A stretch of DNA of 64,000 bases from a virus (lineage: Duplodnaviria > Caudoviricetes). The notes under the pieces were generated by a model. That model was given only the letters and a program-made list of their open reading frames with translations. It was not told where the DNA came from and made no database searches. The stretch is from positions 1 to 64,000 of IMG/VR virus record IMGVR_UViG_3300028887_003391, one strand, 5' to 3'. Shown here in pieces: positions 8,912-18,588 of the stretch. Positions within the stretch are counted from its first letter, which is position 1. The number at the start of each line of letters is the position of its first letter. A program made the position numbers and the translations under genes.

Positions 8912-9255
8912 ACAAACACGTCCGACAGCGGGGCAGCACTTGCGGGAACTTCCCGCATACCCCGAAGTCGTCAAATTCATGGGCTGTCCGCCCAAAAAGG
9001 CCCACCTGCCTCGTTTAGGTTTCACCGCGAGTAAGCCGGATCCGCCCACGAGTTACTCCGACAGGAGGGTCTTTTTGGATGGACAGTGCCATCCACAAGA
9101 GGTAGGACGGTAGCCCTCCGGCTAGGTAGCCGGCACCCGTCGTCCCGAATATCTTGTTGCCCGGATAACGTTACCGGGAACGTGCTGTTTTTACGTAACC
9201 GCAAAGTAATCCATGCCGCGTCTTTCAATCTTCAAGAGGTCTCTCGGACCTCTCC
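8912..9255 (-). ncRNA. candidate structured ncRNA 'X' (class unknown)
   Basis: About 340 nt non-coding between promoter and tRNA-Gln; hairpins CCGGCTA/TAGCCGG, TGGATGG/CCATCCA, GAGTAA/TTACTC, GCGGGA/TCCCGC, CCCGG/CCGGG; possible closing stem 9177-9188/8912-8923. Confidence 0.6.
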
Positions 9256-9261
9256 GTAATG

Positions 9262-9274
9262 AAATATAGCAAAA
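9262..9274 (-). promoter_or_regulatory. class E promoter driving the RNA operon
   Basis: Exact motif; GTGACA (-35-like) lies 17 nt upstream of TATATT. Confidence 0.75.
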
Positions 9275-9308
9275 ACTTCAACCGTTGTCACGCCATATTT
9301 CAAAAATC

Positions 9309-9854
9309 TTACAGTATAGCGTTTACCTTGGCCACGATGTCGAACGTCCTCTCTTCCAAGAACGGCCCGGGGCACGCCTTGTTGGCGAACCACTTGTGAA
9401 GCGTGAGGTTCTGGACCAGCTTCCCGTCCTTGTCCGTCTTGCCGACCAGCGACTTGTCGTGCCTCCACAGCAGTTTCGCTATGCCGTTGCGACGGCAGAT
9501 GTCCGCCACCAGATAGATGAGGGACGCGTATGCCGCATCGTTCACCGCATAGGGGGTCTTGTCGTCGCTCGACACCTCTATGGTGACGGCCCGGTGGTCG
9601 TTCGCCGCATCGCTGCTGCACCAGCTCCTGGATTCCTCCGGGACGATGAGCGCCACGCGTCCGTCGCTCCCGATCGCGTAGTTGCATGAGGCCTTGCGCG
9701 AAGCCGGGGCAAACGTGCTGCCGAGCTGCTCCACGGTCCTCTGCCCGGCGGTGCAGTGGATTGTCACCGTGTCGATGGCATGGGTCCGTTTCTTGTTGCA
9801 GTTCGGGGACAGCTGGGTAAACGATACTAGCGGGCTGTTGGAAAACTCGGGCAT
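9309..9854 (-). CDS. N-acetylmuramoyl-L-alanine amidase (Amidase_2; endolysin candidate)
   Basis: VTIHCTA, ASCNYAIG, RSWCSS..ND.RAVTIE and H.WFANKACPG motifs; late-type motif upstream. Confidence 0.9.
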   Translation of the reverse strand: MPEFSNSPLVSFTQLSPNCNKKRTHAIDTVTIHCTAGQRTVEQLGSTFAPASRKASCNYAIGSDGRVALIVPEESRSWCSSDAANDHRAVTIEVSSDDKTPYAVNDAAYASLIYLVADICRRNGIAKLLWRHDKSLVGKTDKDGKLVQNLTLHKWFANKACPGPFLEERTFDIVAKVNAIL

Positions 9855-9875
9855 ACATTACCGTAAGTTTTCCAA

Positions 9876-9884
9876 CAGTTTATA
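9876..9884 (-). promoter_or_regulatory. class L promoter variant TATAAACTG
   Basis: One-mismatch copy upstream of amidase. Confidence 0.55.
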
Positions 9885-9892
9885 ATCGTGGA

Positions 9893-10816
9893 TCAATCTT
9901 CATTCACGATTGCGTCCAGCGTGCCAATTCTGGACATGTCATGCTTAATCACACAACCGTTGCGCAGCATGGCATCCACTGGCGTGACAGAAAATTCCAT
10001 GCCTCCCTTGGTAAGTTCCCGCATAGTGCGGGTGGTGTCGTTATCCACAAGATGCAACATCCCGATTATGCGCTGGCCATTACTGATTTCAATATCGGAT
10101 ATATACCCGACCACACCGTCATCCATGAATTTGACCGGAACCGTAATCTTACCCAGATACCGTCTCATCTGGTCGTTCCCGCCAAGTTGTACCGCGTTTT
10201 CATGAGAAAGCGCACGGTTGCCAAAACGGATTTCAACCTGGAGTTCGCCCCGATCTGCGTTTCCGCCGTAAATGTCGCCGTAGCCACAAAAACGTTTACG
10301 TTCCTTGACGGCAAAGGTGGACGAATATTCATCCAACATACCCTTCACTGCCCGTTCCGACGTTCCGACCGTTTTGAATGCACCCGACCTTTCGAGATAA
10401 TAGACCGTCCGAAGAGACAAGCATGTATATTCATTCCCGCTGTAATTGGAACGGTCCACTATCGTCTCGTAAACCTTGCCGACAATGCCGATTGTCTGGT
10501 CATACAGGGTAGCGCCACCGATGATAAATGCTTCCGTCTCTCCGGCAGCCTGGGCAGCCGTCAATGCCTCGTCAATGGAATGGACGACCATTACTCCATC
10601 GCGGGCCTTGAAATCCTTACTGTGGGTCACGACGATTTCCGTCCTGCCAGGAAGCGGCTTGCCGATAGATTCATAGCATGCGCGGCCCATGATTACATGG
10701 TGGCCCATCGTGATGCGCTTGAAACGCGCCAAGTCGGACGAGAGTTTCCACGGGATTTGTCCATCGACACCAATCATTCCAGACACTGAGCGGGCCAAAA
10801 TCATAGACAGAAGCAT
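9893..10816 (-). CDS. folA: dihydrofolate reductase with about 130 aa C-terminal extension
   Basis: IG..GQIPWKLSSDLARFKRITMGHHVIMGR..YESIGKPLPGR, FIIGGATLY. Confidence 0.88.
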   Translation of the reverse strand: MLLSMILARSVSGMIGVDGQIPWKLSSDLARFKRITMGHHVIMGRACYESIGKPLPGRTEIVVTHSKDFKARDGVMVVHSIDEALTAAQAAGETEAFIIGGATLYDQTIGIVGKVYETIVDRSNYSGNEYTCLSLRTVYYLERSGAFKTVGTSERAVKGMLDEYSSTFAVKERKRFCGYGDIYGGNADRGELQVEIRFGNRALSHENAVQLGGNDQMRRYLGKITVPVKFMDDGVVGYISDIEISNGQRIIGMLHLVDNDTTRTMRELTKGGMEFSVTPVDAMLRNGCVIKHDMSRIGTLDAIVNED

Positions 10817-10859
10817 AAAACCTCACTTAAAAAGCGGTGACGGAACCCGCCACCGATTG

Positions 10860-10872
10860 AAATATAGCAAAA
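10860..10872 (-). promoter_or_regulatory. class E promoter motif
   Basis: Exact motif upstream of DHFR. Confidence 0.7.
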
Positions 10873-10881
10873 AAGACAATC

Positions 10882-11694
10882 CTAGACTGCCACCGGCGCC
10901 TTGATTGCCGGCCACGGATCGTAGTTCTCCAGGGTGAAGTCCTCGAACTTGAAGTCGAAGATGTCCTTCACATCCGGGTTGATACGCATGGTCGGGAGCT
11001 TGCGCGGCTCGCGGGACAGCTGTTCCTTCACCTGCTCGAAGTGGTTCGAGTAGATATGGGTATCGCCGAGCGTATGGACGAACTCGCCCGGTTCATACCC
11101 GCACACCTGCGCGAGCATCATCGTAAGGAGCGCATAGGACGCAATGTTGAACGGGACGCCGAGGAAGGTGTCGGCGCTGCGCTGATACAGCTGGCAGCTG
11201 AGCTTGCGCTTACCGCTCTTGCCCACGCCGCCCACATAGAACTGGAACAGGCAGTGGCACGGCGGGAGGGCCATCTTGTCAACTTCCGCGACATTCCACG
11301 CACAGACGAGATGCCTGCGGGAGTCCGGGTTGTTCTTGAGGCTGTTCACGAGGTTGGCAATCTGGTCGATATGCCCGCCATCGGGAGTAGGCCAGGAACG
11401 CCACTGGTGCCCATAGACCGGCCCGAGGTCGCCGTTTTCGTCCGCCCATTCGTCCCAGATGGTCACCTTGTTGTCGTGGAGATACTTGATGTTCGTATCG
11501 CCCTTCAAGAACCACAGGAGCTCGTGGATGATTGAACGGAGATGGAGCTTCTTCGTAGTGAGGCACGGGAAACCTTCGGACAGGTCGAATCGCATCTGGC
11601 GACCGAACACGGAGCGGGTTCCCGTCCCGGTGCGGTCGGAGCGGTCAACGCCGTTCTCGAAGATGTCTTTAAGCAAATCAAGATATTGTTGCAT
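10882..11694 (-). CDS. thyA: thymidylate synthase
   Basis: [53 protein letters not shown]. Confidence 0.98.
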   Translation of the reverse strand: MQQYLDLLKDIFENGVDRSDRTGTGTRSVFGRQMRFDLSEGFPCLTTKKLHLRSIIHELLWFLKGDTNIKYLHDNKVTIWDEWADENGDLGPVYGHQWRSWPTPDGGHIDQIANLVNSLKNNPDSRRHLVCAWNVAEVDKMALPPCHCLFQFYVGGVGKSGKRKLSCQLYQRSADTFLGVPFNIASYALLTMMLAQVCGYEPGEFVHTLGDTHIYSNHFEQVKEQLSREPRKLPTMRINPDVKDIFDFKFEDFTLENYDPWPAIKAPVAV

Positions 11695-11702
11695 AACTCT
11701 CC

Positions 11703-13016
11703 TTAGAGTTCGTATTCCGGCGACTTCGCCTTGAACGAGACGGAGTAGTTGTCTCTCAGGCGGAGCACCAGGCCCTCGCGGGCGTGTTTGAGATCCTTGC
11801 CGAACACGGTCTTGCCGTTGGAGATGCGGAGCATTTCCTGAACATCGGCCGGGAGACGGAAATGGTCGTCAATGACAGGCACGTATTCGAACTGGTGGTC
11901 GGCACAGAACTTGAGCGTGTCCGTATAGTTGAGGCGCTTGTCGAAACGCCCGGTCTCCTTGTTGAACGGCATGACGTCATAGAGACGGATGTCGGTCTGG
12001 TCCAGCTGGTAGATGTTCTTCTGGATGCCCGGCCCGACATGCTCGCCGCGGATGAACCATTCGCCCGGAACATTGGCAAGGCGCTTGTCGAACTCGCCGC
12101 GCTTGACGGTCTTCCAGAACTGCATGTTCTTGCAAGACTTGTAGGGAAGATTGCGGGTGCGGGACGCAACATAGACCTTCTTGCGGTGGAAGACGAACAG
12201 GAACCTCTCGTTTCGGGTGCAGATGGAGATGGACTGCCCTTCCAGCTTCTCCGTCGCGACGAAGTCTTCATCCTTGTGGGATTCGTACATGCCGGAATAG
12301 ATCTTCTGCGCATTCTCCTCGTCGGATTTCGCCGGGAAGAACGGGAGCCACTCGGCCTTGTCGGTGTCCTTGCGGAACCAGCGGTAGATGGCGAAACGCA
12401 TGAGCTTCCGGTCAATCCATCCGAAGAAGCCCGGCTTCGGCGTCTCGACCACGCCGGCCTCCTCGGCATCCTCGACAATTTCCGTAATCCCGAGGCGTTC
12501 GGTAAAGTCCGCGCCCAGATTCACTTCCTCCGGCGCGATGCCGAGGACGTCCGGGCGGAAGAGGATGCCCTGGGAAATTACCTTGAAGCGGTTGAGGACC
12601 TTCGTCTTGATCTTGAACTTCATCGGGCGCAGAAACTCGAAGTAGGGGTACTTGGAACGGCCCTGGATTTCTTCCATGGCCTTCATGACCACTTCCAGCG
12701 GTTCCAGAACGTCCAGGTCGCTGAAGTCCGGCAGCGGCTTGCCCTTCTCCTGCGCCTTCTTCACCGCGTTCTCGCGACGGCGGTGTTCGGACGCAATCTT
12801 GGCAAGGTTGGCGTACTGCTCGCGGTCGGCCGGTTCGAGACCGTCCGGGAGGATAGACCCGATTTCCACATATACGGCAAGTTCACCGGGCTTGAACTCA
12901 CCCTTCTTCGCGATCAGGTTCCAGTCGAGAACGGTAACGCGTTCGATGTTGTCGGCACCCTCGATAGGATGCACTTCCTTGATGCGCTCTACGTGCGCTA
13001 GGCTTTTTCCGTACAT
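11703..13016 (-). CDS. RNA ligase (DRB0094-like, N-terminal OB domain)
   Basis: [11 protein letters not shown]-terminus, TEKLEG motif I, RGE..GPGIQKN, EGLVLR, SFKAKS..Y. Confidence 0.88.
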   Translation of the reverse strand: MYGKSLAHVERIKEVHPIEGADNIERVTVLDWNLIAKKGEFKPGELAVYVEIGSILPDGLEPADREQYANLAKIASEHRRRENAVKKAQEKGKPLPDFSDLDVLEPLEVVMKAMEEIQGRSKYPYFEFLRPMKFKIKTKVLNRFKVISQGILFRPDVLGIAPEEVNLGADFTERLGITEIVEDAEEAGVVETPKPGFFGWIDRKLMRFAIYRWFRKDTDKAEWLPFFPAKSDEENAQKIYSGMYESHKDEDFVATEKLEGQSISICTRNERFLFVFHRKKVYVASRTRNLPYKSCKNMQFWKTVKRGEFDKRLANVPGEWFIRGEHVGPGIQKNIYQLDQTDIRLYDVMPFNKETGRFDKRLNYTDTLKFCADHQFEYVPVIDDHFRLPADVQEMLRISNGKTVFGKDLKHAREGLVLRLRDNYSVSFKAKSPEYEL

Positions 13017-13048
13017 AGTTGTATCTCCTATGCACGGAAAATACAAAT

Positions 13049-13486
13049 TTATGCCGGCGTTTCCAACAACTTCCCGAACGGCATTACACGCTCGGCAAAC
13101 CACCACACGTCATTGAGACCGGCAAACTTCTCGTTCGCTTCCCGCACCCGCATGAAATAGATTTCCTGATTAGGGTTGTCATAATAGACCATGACGATGT
13201 CATCCGGTTCCGCCTGCAGGGGCGCCGCGGAGAACCTGCGCCAGCGGCCACGCTGGTCGTCAGTAACCCAGTCGGTATTCTTGCCGAGGAACGTAGGGGT
13301 TTCGTACTTGTCCATCGGCATGTCGAGCCATGCGCCTACGCCAACCCACCAGCCCATCGGCAAATACATGCTCACGGGAAACACCTGATACTTCCCGTTG
13401 AGATACATCAGGTAGTTGCTTGAACCGACCGCAACCTCGGGAAGCGTCATGATGCCGTTTTCGATCGGACGATACCACTTGGACAT
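13049..13486 (-). CDS. hypothetical protein
   Basis: 145 aa operon ORF. Confidence 0.7.
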   Translation of the reverse strand: MSKWYRPIENGIMTLPEVAVGSSNYLMYLNGKYQVFPVSMYLPMGWWVGVGAWLDMPMDKYETPTFLGKNTDWVTDDQRGRWRRFSAAPLQAEPDDIVMVYYDNPNQEIYFMRVREANEKFAGLNDVWWFAERVMPFGKLLETPA

Positions 13487-13487
13487 G

Positions 13488-14045
13488 CTATCCTTCCTTG
13501 GCCATCATTGCACGGAGGCGGTAGGCTGCCGTTTCGAGCGCATCGGCGAACTTCTCGATGTTATCGCGGCCGGTGACGTCGACACGGACGATATTACGCT
13601 CTCTATTATCAATGAAGCCGGTCAGGTCAATACCCTTGACGCCTTCCATCTGCAAGCTCGCGACTGGCATTTCGCCATCCTTGGCGGTCGCAACATTCGT
13701 TCCGACAGCGACATCGAGACGGCACTTCTCGATGAACTTCGACATACCCCCTTCGGACTTGCTAGTATAGTTGAACTCGTGACAGAAACCCGGATAACGC
13801 TTCCCAAATGCCTCGAACTCAACCTTGCTATCATTGCTCAGGTCAATGGCGTCGTCCTGTGAGGGCACGGCCTCGTCCTTCGCTGCCTTCGGATCCGGCT
13901 TGCCGTCATCGTAGTACACGTAGAAATTCGTCTTGAACTTGCCGACGACGGGCACAATCTGGCACTCGCCAATCCGCAAGCCGCTCGCCTTAAGAACCTT
14001 ATCCAGGTCTTCCAGGCACGTAATCTGCTTAGTTCTGACTATCAT
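13488..14045 (-). CDS. hypothetical protein
   Basis: 185 aa operon ORF, GGAGG RBS. Confidence 0.7.
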   Translation of the reverse strand: MIVRTKQITCLEDLDKVLKASGLRIGECQIVPVVGKFKTNFYVYYDDGKPDPKAAKDEAVPSQDDAIDLSNDSKVEFEAFGKRYPGFCHEFNYTSKSEGGMSKFIEKCRLDVAVGTNVATAKDGEMPVASLQMEGVKGIDLTGFIDNRERNIVRVDVTGRDNIEKFADALETAAYRLRAMMAKEG

Positions 14046-14508
14046 CGCTTTCCTCCTGGCTGTCGAGGCGGGCCGTGTTCATAAGGATTGCGGCAAGCTG
14101 CGGTTCAATCTTGAACTCGCCGATGTTGTGGTCCACGGACTGGATGATGTTGCCGTCCTTGTTGCGCTTGGATGCGGCATGCCAATCGAGATACATTTCG
14201 AGAAGCTGGTAGAGGTTCATCCCGGCAATGCCGTCGTGGAAATGCTGTGGATGGTGGTCGTTTTCCGCATAGTGGTGGTCGAGCGCCGGTCCGAGCAGCT
14301 TCTTGCCTTCCTCGTATTCGGCCGAACCAAACGCGCTCTTGCCGAGCGGATGGCTTGCGCCCACCTGGTCGAACATTTCCTTTTCCGGCGCATGCAGCTT
14401 GGACTCGTCGTGACGTTCGGCGCGGTCGAGCATCTTGTTGCAGAACATGGCGGTGAATTTCTTCACCCAGCCACGGTGTTTGAGGGTATCTTGCGTAGAA
14501 TCTGCCAT
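14029..14508 (-). CDS. DUF5662-like HD-related protein
   Basis: HDESK...HHY..N.HHPQH...M.L..LLEM..DW pattern. Confidence 0.75.
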   Translation of the reverse strand: MADSTQDTLKHRGWVKKFTAMFCNKMLDRAERHDESKLHAPEKEMFDQVGASHPLGKSAFGSAEYEEGKKLLGPALDHHYAENDHHPQHFHDGIAGMNLYQLLEMYLDWHAASKRNKDGNIIQSVDHNIGEFKIEPQLAAILMNTARLDSQEESDDSQN

Positions 14509-14512
14509 GGTA

Positions 14513-15256
14513 TTAGGTCCTTATGGAAAGTTTTGTATCAAAATGAACGCCACGCTTCCATTCCGGGTTGGTAGTGTCACCGATAACCGGGTAGATTGTC
14601 AGCGTGAGCAACGAATTGGTAAAATCACCGAGAATGTGTGCCCTGCAGAACGGCAACCCGTCCGCCGACACGGCGTATTCATATCGAAGCCCGCAGTCGC
14701 TCATCTGCTTATACAGATCATCTTCCAAAGTGGGCGCGAGCATCCCCTCGATGCGACGGCGGATAAACCGCGCAAGAATACGCGGGTTGGTGTAAATCGT
14801 AGTCGTAAGGCCCACGAGCCCGTCCTGCGGAACTGTCTTCATGAGTTCGGCATTTGCCCTAAGCGTCTTGATGAAGTTCACGAATTTCTCGACATCGGTG
14901 CCTTCTACCGACGTCGTGACGATGGAGTGCCAGAAGTTCCAGTCAATGCCGTCGTCTGCCGTAACACCGCCGGTATTCTTAGCATCATGCCATTTGTCGC
15001 AGAACTTGGACGGCTGTTCTTCATGCGCACGGAAAGTTACTTCCACATTCTTCGCATCGGCGTCGTCAACTATGGCTCCATGCACATCGCCGAAAGCGGC
15101 AGCGTTCAGCGCCATGTTCCCCATGTCCAGCTTAGTCTTGCCGTTACCGAGCGGGGTCTTAATGATTGCCGGATGGATAATTGGTTTCGAACCGTGCGAA
15201 TCGCACGGATATTTCGGTTCCTTGCCCGTCTTGGGCACATTCTTCTGTTTTGTCAT
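14513..15256 (-). CDS. hypothetical protein
   Basis: 247 aa, first gene after class E promoter. Confidence 0.7.
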   Translation of the reverse strand: MTKQKNVPKTGKEPKYPCDSHGSKPIIHPAIIKTPLGNGKTKLDMGNMALNAAAFGDVHGAIVDDADAKNVEVTFRAHEEQPSKFCDKWHDAKNTGGVTADDGIDWNFWHSIVTTSVEGTDVEKFVNFIKTLRANAELMKTVPQDGLVGLTTTIYTNPRILARFIRRRIEGMLAPTLEDDLYKQMSDCGLRYEYAVSADGLPFCRAHILGDFTNSLLTLTIYPVIGDTTNPEWKRGVHFDTKLSIRT

Positions 15257-15282
15257 ACGTCCCTCAAATATTGGTCATGATA

Positions 15283-15317
15283 AAATATAGCAAAAAGTGG
15301 TTTGAACCTATAAACTA
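15283..15317. promoter_or_regulatory. back-to-back class E (minus, 15283-15295) and class L (plus, 15309-15317) promoters
   Basis: Exact copies of both motifs between divergent genes; ATG 15323 lies 5 nt after TATAAACTA. Confidence 0.75.
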
Positions 15318-15322
15318 CGTGC

Positions 15323-15760
15323 ATGGCAAACAAAGACGAACAGGCGCTGCTCGAAAACTACGCAGCCAACTTCATCATCCACACAAGGGTGAACAACGGC
15401 TCGGACATGCCGTCCACGGGCGCAGTCGACCGTTTCAACGCACGCGCCATGGCCAACGACCCGTTCCGCGGCGGAACCAACCCAATCCTCGCCAGGATCA
15501 ACGGCTTCCGGCGGGACCCCAGGCTCCTCGACCACGACCCCGACTCCGAACTCGACCGTTACGGCACCACCCTGCAGCTGACCGCCCCGGTCGAATACGA
15601 CACGCTGGCGGAGGCCTTCGAGGACGAGATGCCGGAAGCTCCCGAAGCACCGGAACCGCCACAGATGGCAGCAGCCCATACGCCGGTCCTCCCCGGCACC
15701 CCGCGCGTCGCGAGCGAGGCCTTCCTCGACCAGCTCGCCGCGGCCTTCAAGAAAAAGTAG
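15323..15760 (+). CDS. hypothetical late protein
   Basis: 145 aa, strong codon bias, class L promoter. Confidence 0.75.
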   Translation: MANKDEQALLENYAANFIIHTRVNNGSDMPSTGAVDRFNARAMANDPFRGGTNPILARINGFRRDPRLLDHDPDSELDRYGTTLQLTAPVEYDTLAEAFEDEMPEAPEAPEPPQMAAAHTPVLPGTPRVASEAFLDQLAAAFKKK

Positions 15761-15780
15761 TCACTTACAGTCCGAACTGT

Positions 15781-15789
15781 TATAAACTA
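15781..15789 (+). promoter_or_regulatory. class L promoter TATAAACTA
   Basis: Exact motif followed by GGGG/CCCC hairpin. Confidence 0.7.
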
Positions 15790-15815
15790 GGGGAAAACAC
15801 CCCGGTTTTATCATA

Positions 15816-16673
15816 ATGGACGAATTTGAGAATCTCGAAAAGCTCCGCGTTCTCGCCCAGACCATCGAAGGCGACAGCACAAACGCGGCACCCGAAGAAA
15901 ACGACATCCCCGTGGAAGTCATTGACCGGGGTCTCCCGTCTGACAAGTGGACGAAGGATGGCCAGACGGTTACGTGCATCCGTGGCGAAGCAAAGCCCGA
16001 AGCCGACCCGATCCGCGGCGGAAATTCCGGCAACTACCGGACGGACTACAACGCGCTTCTCGAAAAGTGCGACGGCAACCCCGAAGCCGACAAGGAGAAT
16101 CTCGAAGAATGTCTCTTCAAGGGCATGAACTTCAAGCACTCCATGAAGAACGCCCTCTGCAAGACCGAGTGCGACAACGGGTGCAAGTGCATCTTCGACC
16201 CGGGCACCGTAGTCAAGCCGACCAAGGGCGGCAAGTCCATCTACATCGTCAAGAACAACGACGGCGAAGTGATTATCTGCGCCAAGCCGACCAACATCGA
16301 GGCCGACATGGCACGAGGCGGATCCGACGGCTGCTGGCCGCAGTTCAGCTTCCAACAGGACGACATCGAACCGCTCGGCGTTGACCTGGCCACGCTCGCG
16401 GTCCTCGCGGACATCGTCGCACACAACGACAAGGTCGCGGAAGCCGGCAGCGCATGCGCATGCCCGGACGGCCAGTGCGACTGCGACGCCCCGGAAAATT
16501 TCGAGCACATGCGCGAGCTCATGGAGAACATCTATGGCCCGTTGAGCGCCGAGCAGCTCCGCCCGGTCAACAAGTTCGGCATCCCCGAACCGCAGAAACC
16601 GGACCCGGACGAAAAGAAATTCGATTTCGACGGCCCGCAGGGGTACTTTGGCGACTATGCAAACCACGGCTAA
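15816..16673 (+). CDS. hypothetical acidic, Cys-rich late protein
   Basis: 285 aa ORF. Confidence 0.75.
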   Translation: MDEFENLEKLRVLAQTIEGDSTNAAPEENDIPVEVIDRGLPSDKWTKDGQTVTCIRGEAKPEADPIRGGNSGNYRTDYNALLEKCDGNPEADKENLEECLFKGMNFKHSMKNALCKTECDNGCKCIFDPGTVVKPTKGGKSIYIVKNNDGEVIICAKPTNIEADMARGGSDGCWPQFSFQQDDIEPLGVDLATLAVLADIVAHNDKVAEAGSACACPDGQCDCDAPENFEHMRELMENIYGPLSAEQLRPVNKFGIPEPQKPDPDEKKFDFDGPQGYFGDYANHG

Positions 16674-16995
16674 AATCATCTATGACAATACCTGCGTAGT
16701 GTGCAGGTATTTCATGAACCTCGTCAAGGCCAAGGTGGGTACCGACAGGGCCCAGTACATCCCGGCCTCGGGGACTGCTGCCGACTTCGAGTATGTCAGC
16801 CTGAACGGGAACCGCTATTCCGGGGTAAACGCCATCGAGCAGATGTCGAAGGACTTTCCCGCCATCAAGGACTACATGTATGCCCTCCCGGCGAAATACA
16901 AGACCTTCGGCCTCAAGGTGGGCTACAAGCTCGGTTCCGTCGTCAGGAAGGCAATCGGCGTCGTGCACAAGGGCTGCAACTGCGGGAAGCACTAA
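16657..16995 (+). CDS. DCC1/DUF393-like thiol-disulfide oxidoreductase
   Basis: N-terminal IIYDNTCVVC (DxxCxxC). Confidence 0.65.
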   Translation: MQTTAKIIYDNTCVVCRYFMNLVKAKVGTDRAQYIPASGTAADFEYVSLNGNRYSGVNAIEQMSKDFPAIKDYMYALPAKYKTFGLKVGYKLGSVVRKAIGVVHKGCNCGKH

Positions 16996-17060
16996 AACAG
17001 GGGGCATCCCTCGCCGGAACGCCCCCAGAAACTCCTCCTACGCTTGCAGGTGAGCATATC

Positions 17061-17090
17061 AAGCCGCTACGGAAGTAGCGGCTTTCTTTT
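17061..17090 (+). terminator. intrinsic terminator
   Basis: AAGCCGCTAC-GGAA-GTAGCGGCTT followed by T-rich tract between convergent genes. Confidence 0.75.
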
Positions 17091-17967
17091 ATTTGCCGTA
17101 AAGCGCTTCCACGTCCCACGGGAACGCGGAATCTTCGAGCGACTTGTCGATGTAGAGCACGCCGACACCGACCGGCTTGCCGAGGTCAGCCGCGGTAAAC
17201 GACGGATCGAAGAACGACTTGCTCGTCTTGTACACGCGTCCGGTAATCGTGGACATAATCGTCTTCCCGTCTGGTGAAACCTTCCAGCCTACCTTAATCT
17301 TTTCGCTCGGGAAAATGGCGCTGTTCTCGTTCTGGAGTTCGGACAGGCTCGTGTGATTGAGGCTATCCGAGTAGATGCCCGGCTTGTCCTTCACGTCGAC
17401 ATACTTCCAGTTCCCGAGAAGTTCCGACGACGCGTTCCACTTGGATGCCGAGTTCATCGCGGAGTTAAAGTTCCCGGCGGCCTGCCATTCCTTCTTCGCG
17501 TTGTCGGCGATGTTGTGGGCGGTCTCGTGAACCTTCGGCCCGATACCAATTCCGGCACCGAGACCGACCGCACCGGCGAGCGCCAGCGGAGCAAGTTTCT
17601 TGCCGATGCCTTCCTGCATGATGTCACGCTTGGACCAGTCGGCGATGTCCTTCCAGGTAATCCCGTAGCCGATGTCCTTGGTCCCGAAATCCGGGTCGCC
17701 TTCGTGTCCCTTGGCCACTTCGCCGATCTGTTCCTTCGGCTTCTGGTTGGAAATCATCATGAACACGCCGAATGCTTCCGGGTCGGTGTTGTCCGGGGTC
17801 GGCTTCCATGCGGTATTGATTTCGTCCAGCTTCACGAACGGGTCGGTGCCGGAGTCGGCGACACCCTCGATGAACGTGGAGTAGCCGGTTTTCATTGAGT
17901 TAAGCAGGGAGCGGTTGGGCATCCCTTCAAGGCCTTCAAAGATTGCGGGAGTAATTTTTCTGGACAT
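17089..17967 (-). CDS. late protein with x-x-E leader motifs and one hydrophobic segment (candidate internal head protein)
   Basis: AIFEG, TFIEG and MQEG motifs; LAPLALAGAVGLGAGIGIG; class L promoter at 17995-18003. Confidence 0.65.
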   Translation of the reverse strand: MSRKITPAIFEGLEGMPNRSLLNSMKTGYSTFIEGVADSGTDPFVKLDEINTAWKPTPDNTDPEAFGVFMMISNQKPKEQIGEVAKGHEGDPDFGTKDIGYGITWKDIADWSKRDIMQEGIGKKLAPLALAGAVGLGAGIGIGPKVHETAHNIADNAKKEWQAAGNFNSAMNSASKWNASSELLGNWKYVDVKDKPGIYSDSLNHTSLSELQNENSAIFPSEKIKVGWKVSPDGKTIMSTITGRVYKTSKSFFDPSFTAADLGKPVGVGVLYIDKSLEDSAFPWDVEALYGK

Positions 17968-17994
17968 AAAAATAGCCCGGGTGGTTTCAAACCG

Positions 17995-18003
17995 TAGTTT
18001 ATA
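17995..18003 (-). promoter_or_regulatory. class L promoter TATAAACTA
   Basis: Exact motif. Confidence 0.7.
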
Positions 18004-18037
18004 ACCTCCCGGGCCTGCACCCAACAACTACAACCAG

Positions 18038-18571
18038 TTAATAATCGTATGCGGCGATGAACCTGAACGCGTCGTAACCCGCCCTATCCGGGTTGTGCGA
18101 GTGAATCCAGGCATACATGAGACCCTCGACGAACTCAGCAGTCATTGCCCGATTGCGCTTATCGACGCTTTCGGACACAAGTTCCTTGTTCACCGGAAGC
18201 GTAGTATTACCGCGCAAATCGCCGAGACATACATCCTCGCCTTCTACCGTAGTCCGGGTAAAACCCAAAGACTTGCAGAGGCATTTCAGCTCGTCGGTAT
18301 AGGACGCGATTATGCTTTCCAGCTCCTTATACAGGGCATCCGCCTCGACGATGTAAAAATTGTGGCCGTCCACGTTCAGGTATTCGGCAATCGGGGCCGG
18401 GATTTCCGCCCGTTCAAGGCCTTCCAGCCGGTCCATGTAGTCGAACGTGTTATCGACAATGCGTTCCAGCCAGCCCATGAAGTCACGGCATATCGGCGTA
18501 TCGGACACCAGGCTATAAGAGCCATCCGGCATACGCTTCTGCAAGAACAGTGTAAGCGATCGTGAAGACAT
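18038..18571 (-). CDS. hypothetical protein (paralog of 32144-32752)
   Basis: Shares PVNKEL motif and N-terminal pattern. Confidence 0.7.
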   Translation of the reverse strand: MSSRSLTLFLQKRMPDGSYSLVSDTPICRDFMGWLERIVDNTFDYMDRLEGLERAEIPAPIAEYLNVDGHNFYIVEADALYKELESIIASYTDELKCLCKSLGFTRTTVEGEDVCLGDLRGNTTLPVNKELVSESVDKRNRAMTAEFVEGLMYAWIHSHNPDRAGYDAFRFIAAYDY

Positions 18572-18588
18572 TGGCTACCTCTCTGTTA

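Noticed and set aside
8336-9228. Short ORFs across the RNA operon
   Set aside because: They overlap tmRNA, tRNA or structured elements and lack coding features
8196-9255. RNase P RNA (GGGTGCCGG, GCAGAACCCGG and CCGGCTTAC resemble parts of it)
   Set aside because: No GAGGAAAGTCC region I or ACAGAAA, and the shared motifs continue past the apparent 3' element. Left unclassified; a covariance-model search should settle it.
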